From contig BCGN01000004.1 of assembly GCA_001599295.1 (NCBI GenBank), positions 128,138-192,137 on the forward strand: DNA of 64,000 bases, written 5' to 3'. Shown one piece after another: positions 47,570 to 60,262 of the stretch. The position numbers and the translations under genes were made by a program. The first letter of the stretch is position 1; each line of letters opens with the position of its first letter. The DNA is from Sporopachydermia quercuum (lineage: Eukaryota). A model generated the notes under the pieces. It saw only the letters and a list, made by a program, of their open reading frames with translations, was not told where the DNA came from and ran no database searches.

Positions 47570-50390
47570 ATGGTTTATAAACATCAAAAGGAAGATAAAA
47601 TGCTTTTCAAAACAGCAAGTGCCAATAGAAGAATCAACTTCGAAAGTGCCATCAACAGCAAAGGCATTAATATCAATAGCAGTAATAAAAATAATAATAA
47701 TAACACCATCATTAGCGCAAATCAGAACAATCTCAGCTACCAGCTCAGCCTAGCTAATCCTGTTGCTGATTTTCTGTATACTGCAACTGCTTCCCCTGAC
47801 ATTACCACTATCACTCCTTCAGACTCAGCAGCTAAACCATCAAACATAGCAAGAAATAGTAAAGCAAAAGAACGCATTTGTCCAAAACCCGCTATTACTG
47901 TCGCTAGCACTTCAGCTGAAAGCAGTAATTTTAATCCCATTCTGAGTGCTGCTCCTACTATCAACACTTATCCTGCCAACAACTCTTACTCCGTAACACC
48001 TAGTACACCGTCTAATCAATCATCATTACAATCAAGCAATCGACAAGGCAATGAAATCAGTACTGTAAATGAATCTCCATCACTAAGACTTCTCAGAAAA
48101 ATCAAAGAGGAGGATCTGGCGTACAGATCAAAGTATCTACAACACAGTAGTGAACCAAGTCAACTAGAAGGTTCCTCAAAACAGGGAGAGAAGAAACCAG
48201 AGAAGGAATCGCACAAGGAACTAGAAAAAAGACCAAAATCTATTCTGAAAACATCATCGGTCAGCAACTTCACAGTAAACACTAAAAAGGACCTTCTAAC
48301 TGGAAAAGAAAGACAGGATGAGCCAAGTAAACATTTCCAGGGGCAAATGATGAATACGGGCAGCAAGCTGGGTCAGTATAGTGGAACATCAAACAGTAAT
48401 GCAGCTATTCGTAAACATACTTCACCGTTTCGAATACGTGAAAGGTTCTGGAGTTTGTTTGCTGGGAATGCTAGTGGAGCTCCAGCTGAGGAAGATGCTA
48501 CTGGCAGTGTTGGTAGATCCGGTGATAGCAGCACGAACGCTTCTCATAAAGGAAAATATAAGGACAAGAATGGGAATACTGATAGAAATAATGAATGGAA
48601 TAATGAAAGGAATAGTGTTATGATCAGTTCTACTGAAGACTATGATACTGATGCTGAAACATATGCTAACACGCTTGCTAATGCACACACCAGCGATGTA
48701 GGAAGAATGTTTATTAGAAGTGACACTGATACAGATGAAATTGATAAAACTAGAACTGAGAATAGTTTTATTAGCAGTAATAATACTTATGTCTATGTTA
48801 ATGATCCTATCAATAGGAATGGTACTATCAGCAGTACTAATATTAGCGATAATACTAATAGTACCACTGCTAGCAGACACTCTGCCTTGTTATCTAACCA
48901 TCGGACACCAAATCAACATCCTCCTCAGCAAAGCAATTCGTTCCCTACTTCTTCTGATTCTCATTTTCACTCTCACTCATCCTCACATACTAAATTATCT
49001 TTCCTTCAACATAAACTACAAAGCAACAGCAAAGAGTTCAATGAAATAGCAAAAGAGGTCTTGGAAATGTCGTTTGACGATTTATTTCGCAATGGTTCAG
49101 ACAAAGAGCTGTATACGTTTCAATGGAACCATTTGACGAAGAATAGTAAGGACAGTGCTTTGGATCTGATCTATAATGTGTGGATCAGGAATGATGGAAA
49201 TAAACATAAGCATAGGGATATGGATATGGATAGGGATAGGGATAGGGATAGGGATTTTTGTAATAATAATGACAATTATGATGGTAGCAAGGACAGGAAG
49301 CACCAGTGTGGCCTTATTAATAGAAATGGTGTTGCTGGTTTTAGTAATAATAACTGTACCACCATCAGCAGCAACAGTACTGTCAGCAGTAGTTATGGTA
49401 GAGTTACTAGTGGCGAGGGTGGCGATGCGGTTAATACAACAAGTGAATATTCGATTGATTCTAAAGGGAGTTCAGTCGGTTCTGAAAATAGAGCAAATGA
49501 TAGAACAAAAAAACTAAATAGAACATACGACAGAATTATAGCCGATGCTTATTTGGCTGCTGATGCAAACAGTATTAATGTTGTCAGTGAAAAAAGTGCT
49601 AATATCATCAACAATAACATTCACACTATTAGCATTAACAGCAGTAATAGAAACAATAACAACACTTCTTCTATCGGGGCTTCAGACATTCGATCACTTC
49701 ATACTGTCACCGACTCCTCCAATTCTGGTAATTCCACTGCTACAAACCCTATCGCCAGTATTAGCAATACCAGCAACTTATCAAAAGCCATTCCAGAAAC
49801 CAATGGCAATAATAACAGAATTCATCACATTAGCAAAGCTCCTCATAGAAACCAAACACCTATCAACTACAATAGCAGTAGCAATCACAGCAATCTCAAA
49901 CCCTTATACTCCTCTTCCTCTCGGCCTTCTTCATCTTCTTCCTCATCTTCTTCTTCTTCCTCCTCCTACTCGTTTACTGCATTTTCAGCAACAATCAATC
50001 CAAGAGATCGCTACATAATAAAAGAATCGATCGACACTAAAAAGGTAACTCATTTCACCAAACTCCAGGCTGCATGGTTTCTTACAGCTTGTTTTATCAC
50101 AGAAAATGCCATAAGATTGCAATTAGTATTGTCGCTATCACTATGGTTATTATTACTCTTATTTAGATTATTCTGAGATGTTCATTGCTAACCAATCACA
50201 CATATTTATTCGTGGATCTTTATAGAAGCTACAGAACTATATTCACTTCTTTTCGCCAACCGGCAGAGCAGAAACACACTTGTTGCTGCCATGTGTTACA
50301 CCAGAAACGTATAGACTACCAATAGGAACAAGAGAAGGATACTTGGAGTATTATTATTTGCAGTGCGATAGTAGCATTTCACTATTTTAG
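47570..50390 (+). CDS. Large Asn/Ser-rich low-complexity protein of unknown function (probably 2 exons)
   Basis: 868-codon ORF. A probable intron 50045-50225 (GTAACT..TGCTAAC..TAG) joins in frame to a 54-aa exon KLQNYIHFFSPTG...YYYLQCDSSISLF ending at TAG 50390; unspliced, the ORF ends at 50176. Confidence 0.6.
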
Positions 50391-52988
50391 TATTCTATGC
50401 TGATATTCAACGATTCTAACCCGAATATAACAGCATCATCAAAGTATTTCCTTTAGGTGGTTGTTTTCTATTCCAAGTGCCTGGAAAATACACTACAGGA
50501 TTTCTCGATTATTTGTTGAGCTTCCCTTTTGAGCATCACTATACTATGGGTAGATATGGTACTGGTATAGATACTTTGGATCATATGATAGATAGGATGA
50601 CAGAGATAATGGATAGAATGTAGATATAATAAGATANAATGACAGAATTTGTTGCCAATGTACAACACGGTCAGTATATGTTGCAATGTATTATAATAGT
50701 ACTGTCACTATCTAAGTACTGTGCCATACTACTCATAATACATCTCATGACTATCACTGCTACCAATCTACCCCATCATATCTTTCAACCCTACCATATC
50801 CAATCAACTACTTCCGTTCTCATACTAACAATACCAGAAATCATTGGAGTATCCCATTTGTTTCAGGACAACCCTTCACCATCATCCATTCATTTAATCA
50901 AACTATGGATAGATAAGAGAACATCGGAAGGGTCAATTCCCTGTTTCAATGAGCATTTGGAGAAAGTCCGAACAATATGCGCTGTTTTACATACAATGAC
51001 TACTGATGAATGGTTTCAATCATTCATACAGTCAAGCAAATACTTGGTATGTACAAGATCAGATGAGAGGAAGGGAGAGAACAGAACTAAGCAGTAATTA
51101 TGGTGTTGCTCACCGTTGATACTACCACTGGTACTATAATCATTAATCAGCATTTGTATCTATCACCGTTGCAAAGAATAGTGGTATTTGCAGTATTGAC
51201 ACAGGTATACTAGTGTGATAGCTGTTTTGTCTATAAGGTGTTGTAGCTTCATAGTTGCAATTTCATCATCTGATGCTTGATTCTATTTGGATTCCTTTTA
51301 TTATTGAACTCTTTATTGACCTCCTTATCGATCCTCTATTGATAATTTTATTTACTAACAAACAAAGGATAAAACATATTCACTGATTGACGTGTTTTAA
51401 CAACATTAGTGCCAGAAGGATCTCGCGTCAGTCATTTAGTAGTATATTTTTTTAGTATGTATGTATCATTTGATATTGCATTGCGTTTAAGCTGTAATGG
51501 TTATAGAGAATTGGTAGAAACTAACTCAATAATCCAGTCATGCTATAGCATTTGTTGTGCATTGTGAAGTATCTTTGAATAAGAAAAGAATATCAGCAGG
51601 GGAGACTGTATTAGTATGAATGATTTCATGGTGAAGATGAGTTTGAGCTGAGCAAAAATGACATTAATGAAGAGTCAAGAAACACTTCCCGCAACCGAAA
51701 ATATACCATTTAACTACTGATATGTCCTATACTCTGGATGTTGTAACCATTATCCTCACTATGGCATAGATATGCATAATCCATGGGACATACAATAACT
51801 AAGGGAGTATTCAATGCAATGTCATATTAAATGCCAGTTAGCAGGAATATGAGAAACAAACAGATGATTTATTTATATGTCATTCTATGCTATTCTGAAT
51901 CAATCTATGTTAAACTATGTTAATCTTTCATTGAGAATCCTTTCACAGTCAGAGAGGCCAGTGGGTTAATGACCGTCAATGCCATTCACAATCCTAATAA
52001 TCGGAGTACCCTTATACTGAAAAAGACTCAAGAAGTGAATAATACTATAGAATTATACAAAATAGCGATACAATGAACTATCCTGATCCTAGAAACAACT
52101 CTTTCTCACTCTAAGTATTTCTATTTCACCGGTTTCTCCTCCCTTATATTCTATGGCAGTATCATGAATTACAAATCACATGAAACCAGCCAATCTACCA
52201 AGCTAATAGTAATGCCCATGTGTCGGTATTGTCAAATCTACAGAAAAACTTTATCCAAATTTGTTCTTCAACCATCATCAACAGGAAGACAATCAACGAG
52301 AAAACAATCAACTTATCATCATTCAAATCGTAAATGGGCTTATCTTATGCCGTAACATAATAGCAGAGTGAGATGTGATGCTCTACCACTTCACATCTCA
52401 TCTACTACTATATTACGTAATCTACAACTGCTTCATCTCCCGAATTACCCCTATTGTTGGGAGGTTTCCCAACACACTTACTCATTCCGCATTTAGGCAT
52501 TTCCCGTCTCATTCCAACCATCATCAAATCAAACTTAGCTTGTTTCGTTTCCCCCGGCATGCTTCCATATGCTTGCTCCATGTTTGTCCACTGTAGAATT
52601 GTACAAGGTGCCGTAAGATACTCCTGTTGAAATACAGTGAACATTGTGGAGGTCCGGAAGCTCGTTTCAGTAACATAGTGCATACTTCTACTAGTCTGTT
52701 GATGTGACCTGTCCAATTGGCATTCAGTAGCCTGAAATTGATGTGTTGATTGAGACACCTGCACATAATAGTACAACCTATTTACATACAATACAGCTGA
52801 ATACTGAGATTGGTAGACTAATTAGATAGTTAAACTGATAATACCATAGTCAGTTGATCACCGAAATTCACTCAATTGCCTATATTTAGGACTCTGCTGG
52901 AAACAAAGCGCACAGTAGGAAGACTCCCGTTATAGAACTGAGCATGCACCTTTATAGTAGTCGATCACTTCTCCGCTAGTCATTCACA

Positions 52989-54392
52989 ATGCTCAGACGT
53001 ACGTCTTTGGTCCCTTTTGGATCTCGTGTTGGAAGCCCATTTTCAATCACCAGAATCCAGCCTTTAACTAGAATAGCATCATCTACCAAACAGATTCATA
53101 CCTCTTCCGCTAGAAAACCAGCTATGAAAACTCAACCTCTCAAATCAAGCTTCTTGCCAACTGCTCTGTTCACATTAGCTACAACCAGTGCCGCAGGTCT
53201 CATTGCCTACTACCTTCTCGATGCTAGATCAGCAGTTCATGAATACCTCATTTGTCCTGTGATCAGACTTCTCACTGATGCAGAAACTGGTCATAGACTA
53301 GGCATAAAACTCCTAGAATACGGGGTCGCTCCTAAGCTTAGAAACGAAGATTTTGACACGTCTTTACAAGTAGACGTCTTTGGTAAAACTCTCAAAGCTC
53401 CCGTGGGCTGTGCTGCAGGTTTAGACAAAGATGGTGAAGCCATTGACGGTCTCTTCAATTGTGGCTTTTCCTATGTGGAAATAGGATCAATTACTCCGGA
53501 ACCTCAACCAGGGAACCCCAAACCTCGGTTCTTCCGGTTGCCTAAAGACGACGCTGTCATCAACCGGTATGGCTTTAATTCCACGGGCCATTTGAACGTA
53601 ATTGCCAGATTGCGGCTCAGATTAGAAGCCTTCATCAGAAAATCTGGTGATCTTCCTACCGAGAACTCTCTATATGATAACAAGCTCTTGGGAATCAACC
53701 TTGGCAAGAATAAAATTGGAGATGAAGTAGAAGATTACGTGAAAGGTGTGAAACGATTAGGCCCTTATGCTGATGTATTGGTGATCAATGTCTCCAGTCC
53801 TAATACCCCAGGCTTGCGTTCACTACAGCATGAAGATAAGCTGACCAATTTATTGTCAACAGTAGTGAAAGAGAGAAATAAATTGAAAGGCAAAATGGTT
53901 CTTGATACTTTGAATAAACAAGGATTTGTTCCTCCAGTGTGTGTGAAGATTGCCCCTGATTTGAGTGAAGCTGAAATCCAGTCCATTGCTAAATCTGTGG
54001 CTGAGTCTCATATCGATGGAGTAATTGTTTCTAATACTACCATTCAAAGACCTGTTGAGAAAATGCGTACTAAGGAAGGGGTTGTGTTTGAAGCTGGTGG
54101 ATTATCGGGAGCTCCTGTCAAAGAATATTCGTTGAAAGCTCTGAAGACGTTGAAGGGGAGCTTGAAAGCCATTGGTGCTGATAAGAACGTGGTTTTGATT
54201 GGTTGTGGTGGAATAAGAAATGGCCGAGATGCAGTGGAGTTTGGTAAAGCAGGAGCATCATTTGTTGAGATTTACACTACGTTTGCATACAAAGGCCCAG
54301 GTTTAGTCTACAAGGTGAACAAGGAGATTGAACAGATTTTGGCTAAGGAGAACAAGAAATGGGAAGATATCATTGGTGAGGATTTTCAGTAA
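52989..54392 (+). CDS. URA9: Mitochondrial quinone-dependent (class 2) dihydroorotate dehydrogenase
   Basis: Presequence plus TM helix; [58 protein letters not shown]. Confidence 0.96.
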   Translation: MLRRTSLVPFGSRVGSPFSITRIQPLTRIASSTKQIHTSSARKPAMKTQPLKSSFLPTALFTLATTSAAGLIAYYLLDARSAVHEYLICPVIRLLTDAETGHRLGIKLLEYGVAPKLRNEDFDTSLQVDVFGKTLKAPVGCAAGLDKDGEAIDGLFNCGFSYVEIGSITPEPQPGNPKPRFFRLPKDDAVINRYGFNSTGHLNVIARLRLRLEAFIRKSGDLPTENSLYDNKLLGINLGKNKIGDEVEDYVKGVKRLGPYADVLVINVSSPNTPGLRSLQHEDKLTNLLSTVVKERNKLKGKMVLDTLNKQGFVPPVCVKIAPDLSEAEIQSIAKSVAESHIDGVIVSNTTIQRPVEKMRTKEGVVFEAGGLSGAPVKEYSLKALKTLKGSLKAIGADKNVVLIGCGGIRNGRDAVEFGKAGASFVEIYTTFAYKGPGLVYKVNKEIEQILAKENKKWEDIIGEDFQ

Positions 54393-55107
54393 ATGCATAG
54401 ATGAGTAACTTTAGAGATTTGGTGTTATGGATATGAGCTGGTTTGTATGTTAACAGCATAATACGAACTATCAGTCAGTTATTGGCATAATAAGATCTGA
54501 TCAGGCATAAATGTCGTAAGATCACAAGTTTTACCATTAGATTAAAGGTCCGATATATCAAATTGTAGAGCTTATTCTGTTCTCTTTTTCTGTTCTCTGG
54601 CAACTTCCATCATTCAATTGAATTAAACAAAGGAAACATTCAAATTAGCATGTTAAGTGCCACAATCATTTTATCCCTGTCTTATATAATGGCAATTATA
54701 TTAGAATATTCGAAATGATTCATTTATATCAATGAAACAACTTTGCTCCTCGTATTGAGGATCAGGAAGCAGTAAATATTAAGTAGTAAGGCTACCAGTA
54801 GTTTGTCAGTCTATTCTGTTGTATTCTAGTATTCCTGCTGTATTCTCTATTTTCTGATATTCAATTAATACATAATATATAATTCATATAGTTTAACATT
54901 ATACGCTGAAGAGAGTCTCTCTTAAATCAAAATTGCTATTTATCTGTAATAAATGCACTATTACACTAATAACTCCCTAACTGTTTCTTTTCCTTCTCCT
55001 GTATCCCAACAATGTTGATAGTCTAGTTTACTTAACAAGACTGGTAAACAGAGATGAGAAGTATTATACTGAACCTTTGATTATTTGAAAGATCTATATT
55101 GAGTATG

Positions 55108-55152
<45 letters not shown>
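55108..55152. repeat. (ATA)15 microsatellite
   Basis: Perfect trinucleotide run between URA9 and GET2. Confidence 0.92.
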
Positions 55153-55204
55153 TAAAATAACTATAACAATATAAGGCAAGGACATGATGATAATAATAAG
55201 TTGA

Positions 55205-55245
55205 GATAAGATAACTAAGACAAGATAACTAAGATAAGATAACTA
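55205..55245. repeat. 14-bp tandem repeat GA[T/C]AAGATAACTAA x3
   Basis: Three near-identical copies. Confidence 0.8.
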
Positions 55246-56022
55246 TTATGATATATTCAGACTCACAAAGAAATTGATTGCTGGATTGAATCACAACAGC
55301 AGAAGATCATTAAAAATCATCAGAGATCATCAATTACAGAAACAACAATAGCAACAGTATTAATAATATTAATAACATTGGCAGTAGAGGATGATGATAG
55401 CAACGGAGCAATAAATATCATTACTGTTATTCTTGCTGTTGTAGAAAGCATCATATTTTTCTACTATTGAGAGAACATCGTTGTTATTATTGTTATTGTT
55501 GTTATTGTTACAACTCCAGCTCCTTGATAGTTATTGATCCATTTCTACTATACCATTTCTACTATATATTATATTTCCAATAAATGTTGTTATACTGCAT
55601 ACCAATTATATCTATTACAATCTTTCTATTCTAATATTTCCATTACAATACTTCTATTATATTCGATCTATTGAAATCAATAGATGTATCTTCAATGCAT
55701 ATAGAATATAGAGTATAGAATATGTCATATAGCAAATAGCATAAATTATCCAATACTAACCGCTTCTGTATAACATTTATCCCTAGAAAACCAACAATAG
55801 GAGGAAAATGTATCCAGCACTGTAAGACAAAAGTGATGTAATCTACTACTAGTCAGTTGAATAAATGTGCTACTATAGATATTATGAATATAATACAGCA
55901 AACAGTAAATAGTATTATAGTATCATAGCATTATAGTCATGGTCTCACGTTATAATACAATAGCCCCATGGTATAGCATCACAGTACCATATCATATCTT
56001 ACCCCATTTACCATCTAAATGA

Positions 56023-57138
56023 CTACTCCTTCTCAAATACTGTCTTCAATCCAAACAAAAACACCAAAACAGCTAAATCAGTAGTAACAGCAGTAAATAA
56101 ATCTTTATACCTCAGTCCAGAAAGCACTATATGCTTTACTGATGATGGCATTATTTGATCTGGTACCAAATGTAGAAATGTACCAATCTTGGATCCTGTA
56201 GAATTACCATCATTGCTGTTTTCAACAAATACATACTTAGCAATGAAGAAAGCAGCTTCCAGAGTCCAGAAAGCAAAGAAAACGTTGGTGGAAGAAAAGA
56301 AACGGGCGTCTGAGAGAAGTCTCGCAGATGAAGAGAGCAAGAAATGGAAATCTGTATAGGCTATGATATATAGGAAGAAGATGAGTATAATGAGAAGTTG
56401 AAGAAGAGTAAGAAAGGCGAGCTTTTTCTTGTGGCGGTAAGCAATAAGAGAAGTAGCGGCCAAATCGGAAACGGAAGGAGATCCGGGATTATGCGGAAAA
56501 GATCCGAGGGTTTCAAACAAATTAGGAAACTCAGATCCGTTCCCAGCTCCGAAACCTCCAAACCCATTTAAACCCTCGGAAGCTCCCCCCAGTTGTCTCA
56601 TGAAATCAGGAGGTAATAAATTAACTAAGTCGTCGTTAGAGCCACCAGAGCCAATTGGCATGTTATTAGCACTTGCTTTTATTAAAGAGGCCAACAAATC
56701 AACATCGCCAGAGTTTTCCCTAGCATTGAAAGCAGCATTGTTAGAATAGGTGGTGTCGCTGGAATTGGGAGGAAATGATGAGCCATTGGTGCTACTGTTT
56801 GGTTTGTTGAACTGTATATTGGAAATGTCTGACACTTCAGGGTCTGATTCATCTGATGCAGTTGTAGTAGAATTTATGATGGTGGGAACAGAATTGGGTT
56901 CTGGTGAGCTGTTCGAGGTTTCTTCTTCAACAGGAATGGGATTTATACTAGGAGATGTTGAAGCTGTAGCTGTAGAAGCTGCAGAAGCCGCATCATCAAC
57001 ACTATTACTGCTACTCCTTTCTTTTTCGTTGTCTCCAGTCTCACCAACCATTATTTTCGTTAATCGATCAGATCCTTTTCGTAGTTTCGCCAATCTTCGT
57101 TCACGAAGAATTCTTCGTTGTTCTTCAGCTTCACTCAT
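56023..57138 (-). CDS. GET2: GET complex subunit Get2 (tail-anchored protein insertase)
   Basis: N-terminal SEAEEQRRILRERRLAKLRKGSDRLTKI (RERR motif), disordered middle, three C-terminal TM segments. Confidence 0.88.
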   Translation of the reverse strand: MSEAEEQRRILRERRLAKLRKGSDRLTKIMVGETGDNEKERSSSNSVDDAASAASTATASTSPSINPIPVEEETSNSSPEPNSVPTIINSTTTASDESDPEVSDISNIQFNKPNSSTNGSSFPPNSSDTTYSNNAAFNARENSGDVDLLASLIKASANNMPIGSGGSNDDLVNLLPPDFMRQLGGASEGLNGFGGFGAGNGSEFPNLFETLGSFPHNPGSPSVSDLAATSLIAYRHKKKLAFLTLLQLLIILIFFLYIIAYTDFHFLLSSSARLLSDARFFSSTNVFFAFWTLEAAFFIAKYVFVENSNDGNSTGSKIGTFLHLVPDQIMPSSVKHIVLSGLRYKDLFTAVTTDLAVLVFLFGLKTVFEKE

Positions 57139-58890
57139 GACTGATGTGATGGCCGGCCGATGTGTTTGTGAATATTCAAATATTATGAGTCTTTTGATGG
57201 TTTGATTATTGACTGTTGTCTTGAACCTGTGTTGGACTTGTCCTGTATGTCGATACCAAGTGATGCTAATAATAATGACAGCAGTGTAGCAGTTACCGCA
57301 AGATAGATGGATAACCTACTAAATGATATTCCTGGGGACAATCTTAGGATAATAACAAAAGCCGATAAATCAGAGAAAAATAGATTTAAAGATGTTTTGT
57401 ATAACTCAATAGACTTGTTGTTTGCTGTTTGTTCTGTTGAATGAGGGTCGACAGTTTTTCTTCTTATTTTGGTAAGCTGGTAATATATGGCGAGACAATA
57501 ATTAATGGAATAGCCGAGTAAAGGTTCATGATGCTGCAGAAATCAATTATTGGTCTGAAACTAGGAGTTGTAGTATTAAATGCTAGTTTTTTGTTGCAGG
57601 AATTGTGGTAATTGTTGTGAATGTGAGAATTAATGTGAATTGATGTCAGAGGAAGGGTGGAACATAAGTTACATAAATTGACAAAAAGGGTAATAAGAGA
57701 AGGGCAAATGAATGATGAGCACAATGAATACTAAACGAGGACTGAAAGAGAAAAAATGGTACGGATGCTAAACTGCAAATTAGTGAAGTGTTTTCTGCAA
57801 TCGATGATAATTTAAAATCGTTTTGGTTGATTAAAATAATAAAATAAACGAGAATAAAAAGCTGTCGAGAAAGTGAGAAAGCAGATGACAAAGACATTCG
57901 GATCCTTTACATGTCTTGTGTTGGTTTTAGGTTTGAACCTTAATTGCAAGTGAGGTTTATACTTGAAAATTATAATGTACTCTAAGAATGGAAAAAGAGA
58001 AGAATTCAATGAATAGAAAACCACTTATGTTATGCCTAATACCTCAATCTGAATTTGATATCACTTTATGTGGATAAGGTGCCGTTTGAGGTAATATGAG
58101 AGATATTTGAACCATGCGGCATCATGCATCATTATGCATTCGTTTATATTTTGCATAGTAATACATTTCATGAACCAAACATTTTGTCCAAATAGCTTAG
58201 GTGATCAGCTCAATTCAAGAAGCATATAAGATGTAGTTAGTTTTATATGATTTGACAGCTAGGATCAATTAAGTGTTTAATCTCTTTAACACGAGAAAAC
58301 ATATAATTATTCTAAAGTAGATAGACAATTCCTTCTTCTACCCCAACTATTGAATGAATTTATCATGCATAAACACAGTTTCTGTGTAAGGTTTCATTTT
58401 TCAAACCACTTGCATCAAATCTGCATTTTTATACATACACCACTGTTTCTTACTTACACCATACTATTTACTAATAATATAAAGTTGTATCACCAAAATA
58501 CGCTCGCATCATTACTATCTATTCAATTTGCACCTAAAACTACTCAAATTATCCAAATTTCTCCAACTCTCCCCATTAGCTTTCCACCTATTCTTCCCTC
58601 AATTATGTGCATGGTTCTACCACATGCATATAATCCGCATGAAACTCCTCAACTTTATTTCATCCCTTCCTGATTATATCTTTCCTTCTCTTCTACTATC
58701 AACAACTACACCATTATTTCTATTAAAACCAACTAAATCATCTGTCAAACGCGATTTGAATGCTTACTCATCATTTCAGATATTATCACAATATATCCTT
58801 GCACTAGCAGTTTTATTTCCTCTGCTCAAGTCGCGTACGTTCGTCTTCCCGTTCAACTGGTCTCCATTCAACATCTACAATATCATGATA

Positions 58891-59364
58891 ATGTCTGATG
58901 CAGAAGATTTATCGCTAAATGAAGAACAAGCGTTGAAATCAACACCGGCCAAAGTTTTCTGGCCGAAAAGGTATACAAATACTGCTAGCTATGAACAGTA
59001 CGCTTGGCGACAAAAATGTATGGATGCTATTGAAAGATCAGAGGTAACGCTGATGAAATCAATTGACTGTGTGCCATTAGTTGTAACTGATGCAATTGAT
59101 TTAACTGTAGTGTCAAGTCGTAGTGGTAAATCTGATGATGGTAGCGTCGGTGGCACAGTATTTGAGGCAGGAGCGAGAAATTCTCCTGCTGTTGGTAATC
59201 TTAGTATAGGTAATTCATCTTCAGTGTCTTCTATGGCGGTGGGCATGGGAATAGGAATGGGAAGTGCTGGTGGATCTACAACTGTATATATTCCAGAAGA
59301 GGGGAAAGTGAGCGGAACTCGAGTTCGATATGATTTGAGGAAAAGCATGCTTAAGATTGTATGA
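58891..59364 (+). CDS. Hypothetical protein of about 157 aa
   Basis: MSDAEDLSLNEEQALKSTPAKVFWPKRY...; natural composition from this ATG (or 58885). The upstream part of the 58528 ORF looks like pyrimidine-rich UTR. Confidence 0.55.
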   Translation: MSDAEDLSLNEEQALKSTPAKVFWPKRYTNTASYEQYAWRQKCMDAIERSEVTLMKSIDCVPLVVTDAIDLTVVSSRSGKSDDGSVGGTVFEAGARNSPAVGNLSIGNSSSVSSMAVGMGIGMGSAGGSTTVYIPEEGKVSGTRVRYDLRKSMLKIV

Positions 59365-60262
59365 ATCAGTTTAGAAAGTTGGAAGCAAACGTGTTGGATG
59401 TAAAGCAAATGAGGCAGAAAAAGGAAGATATTTGATGGTGACGATGACGGATCACTTACCTGATTGTCAGAGTTCACTGAATTGCTAGAAATGAGGTTGG
59501 GATATTAATAGGATAAAGGTTGAGGTTCTCGGATGCCTAGGATGTTATCAGAAGCCTTTGATGTTACTACTGGAAATTATAAGAACTGATTGAATGGCTA
59601 GCTATTTCAACGGGATTTTCCGGATTGGTGGACTTCGCAGAATTCGCATGGCTCCTATCCATGGAACGGATTGGATTGTATCGTATGATCAATCTGAGAT
59701 CGCGGAGCAGTCCATTCTAATGTACTCTCATATTTGTTCCGTAAAACCTACAACGGGATCCTGAAGTACAAATAACAAAGCCTCATTTGAAAAATCAAAT
59801 GGCCGAGCACCTAAAAATTTAGTGGTTTTCTGAAAATGGGACGATAATTTCCAATTGAGAAATCCAATGTATTTATTTAATTCGGAAATAAGGTTAATTG
59901 CTTCCTGAATAGGGTATAAATATCGGAACTTTAAATACGGGTATGAAAGCGTAAAATATAGTGCATATTTATCGCTTATTTAATAGAGTCTCTATACAAA
60001 AGGTTTATCCAAGGCATTTATCCAGTAATTTGGGTTGGAAGTAAATATCGAAAGACTTATTGTTCTAGAAACTGAAACCCCATTTAAATAGATGTTCCGT
60101 TGTATTCTAAACCTGAAGATATGTGACTTGCTGTTCTGGATTCCCATCCGATATCTTTACCGGTAAGTTTTCCGTTAAGTTTTCCGCTGTTCCTATCATG
60201 ATTTCTGAACGGCTCCGCTCTTTTCCCCCTGCCACTCTACTCCGCTACTCTGTTACGCCTCT

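Noticed and set aside
50639..52791. ORFs of 152 aa (50639+) and 127 aa (52791-)
   Set aside because: No recognisable motifs, and the composition looks like AT-rich intergenic sequence; the 127-aa ORF also lacks an ATG at its listed start.
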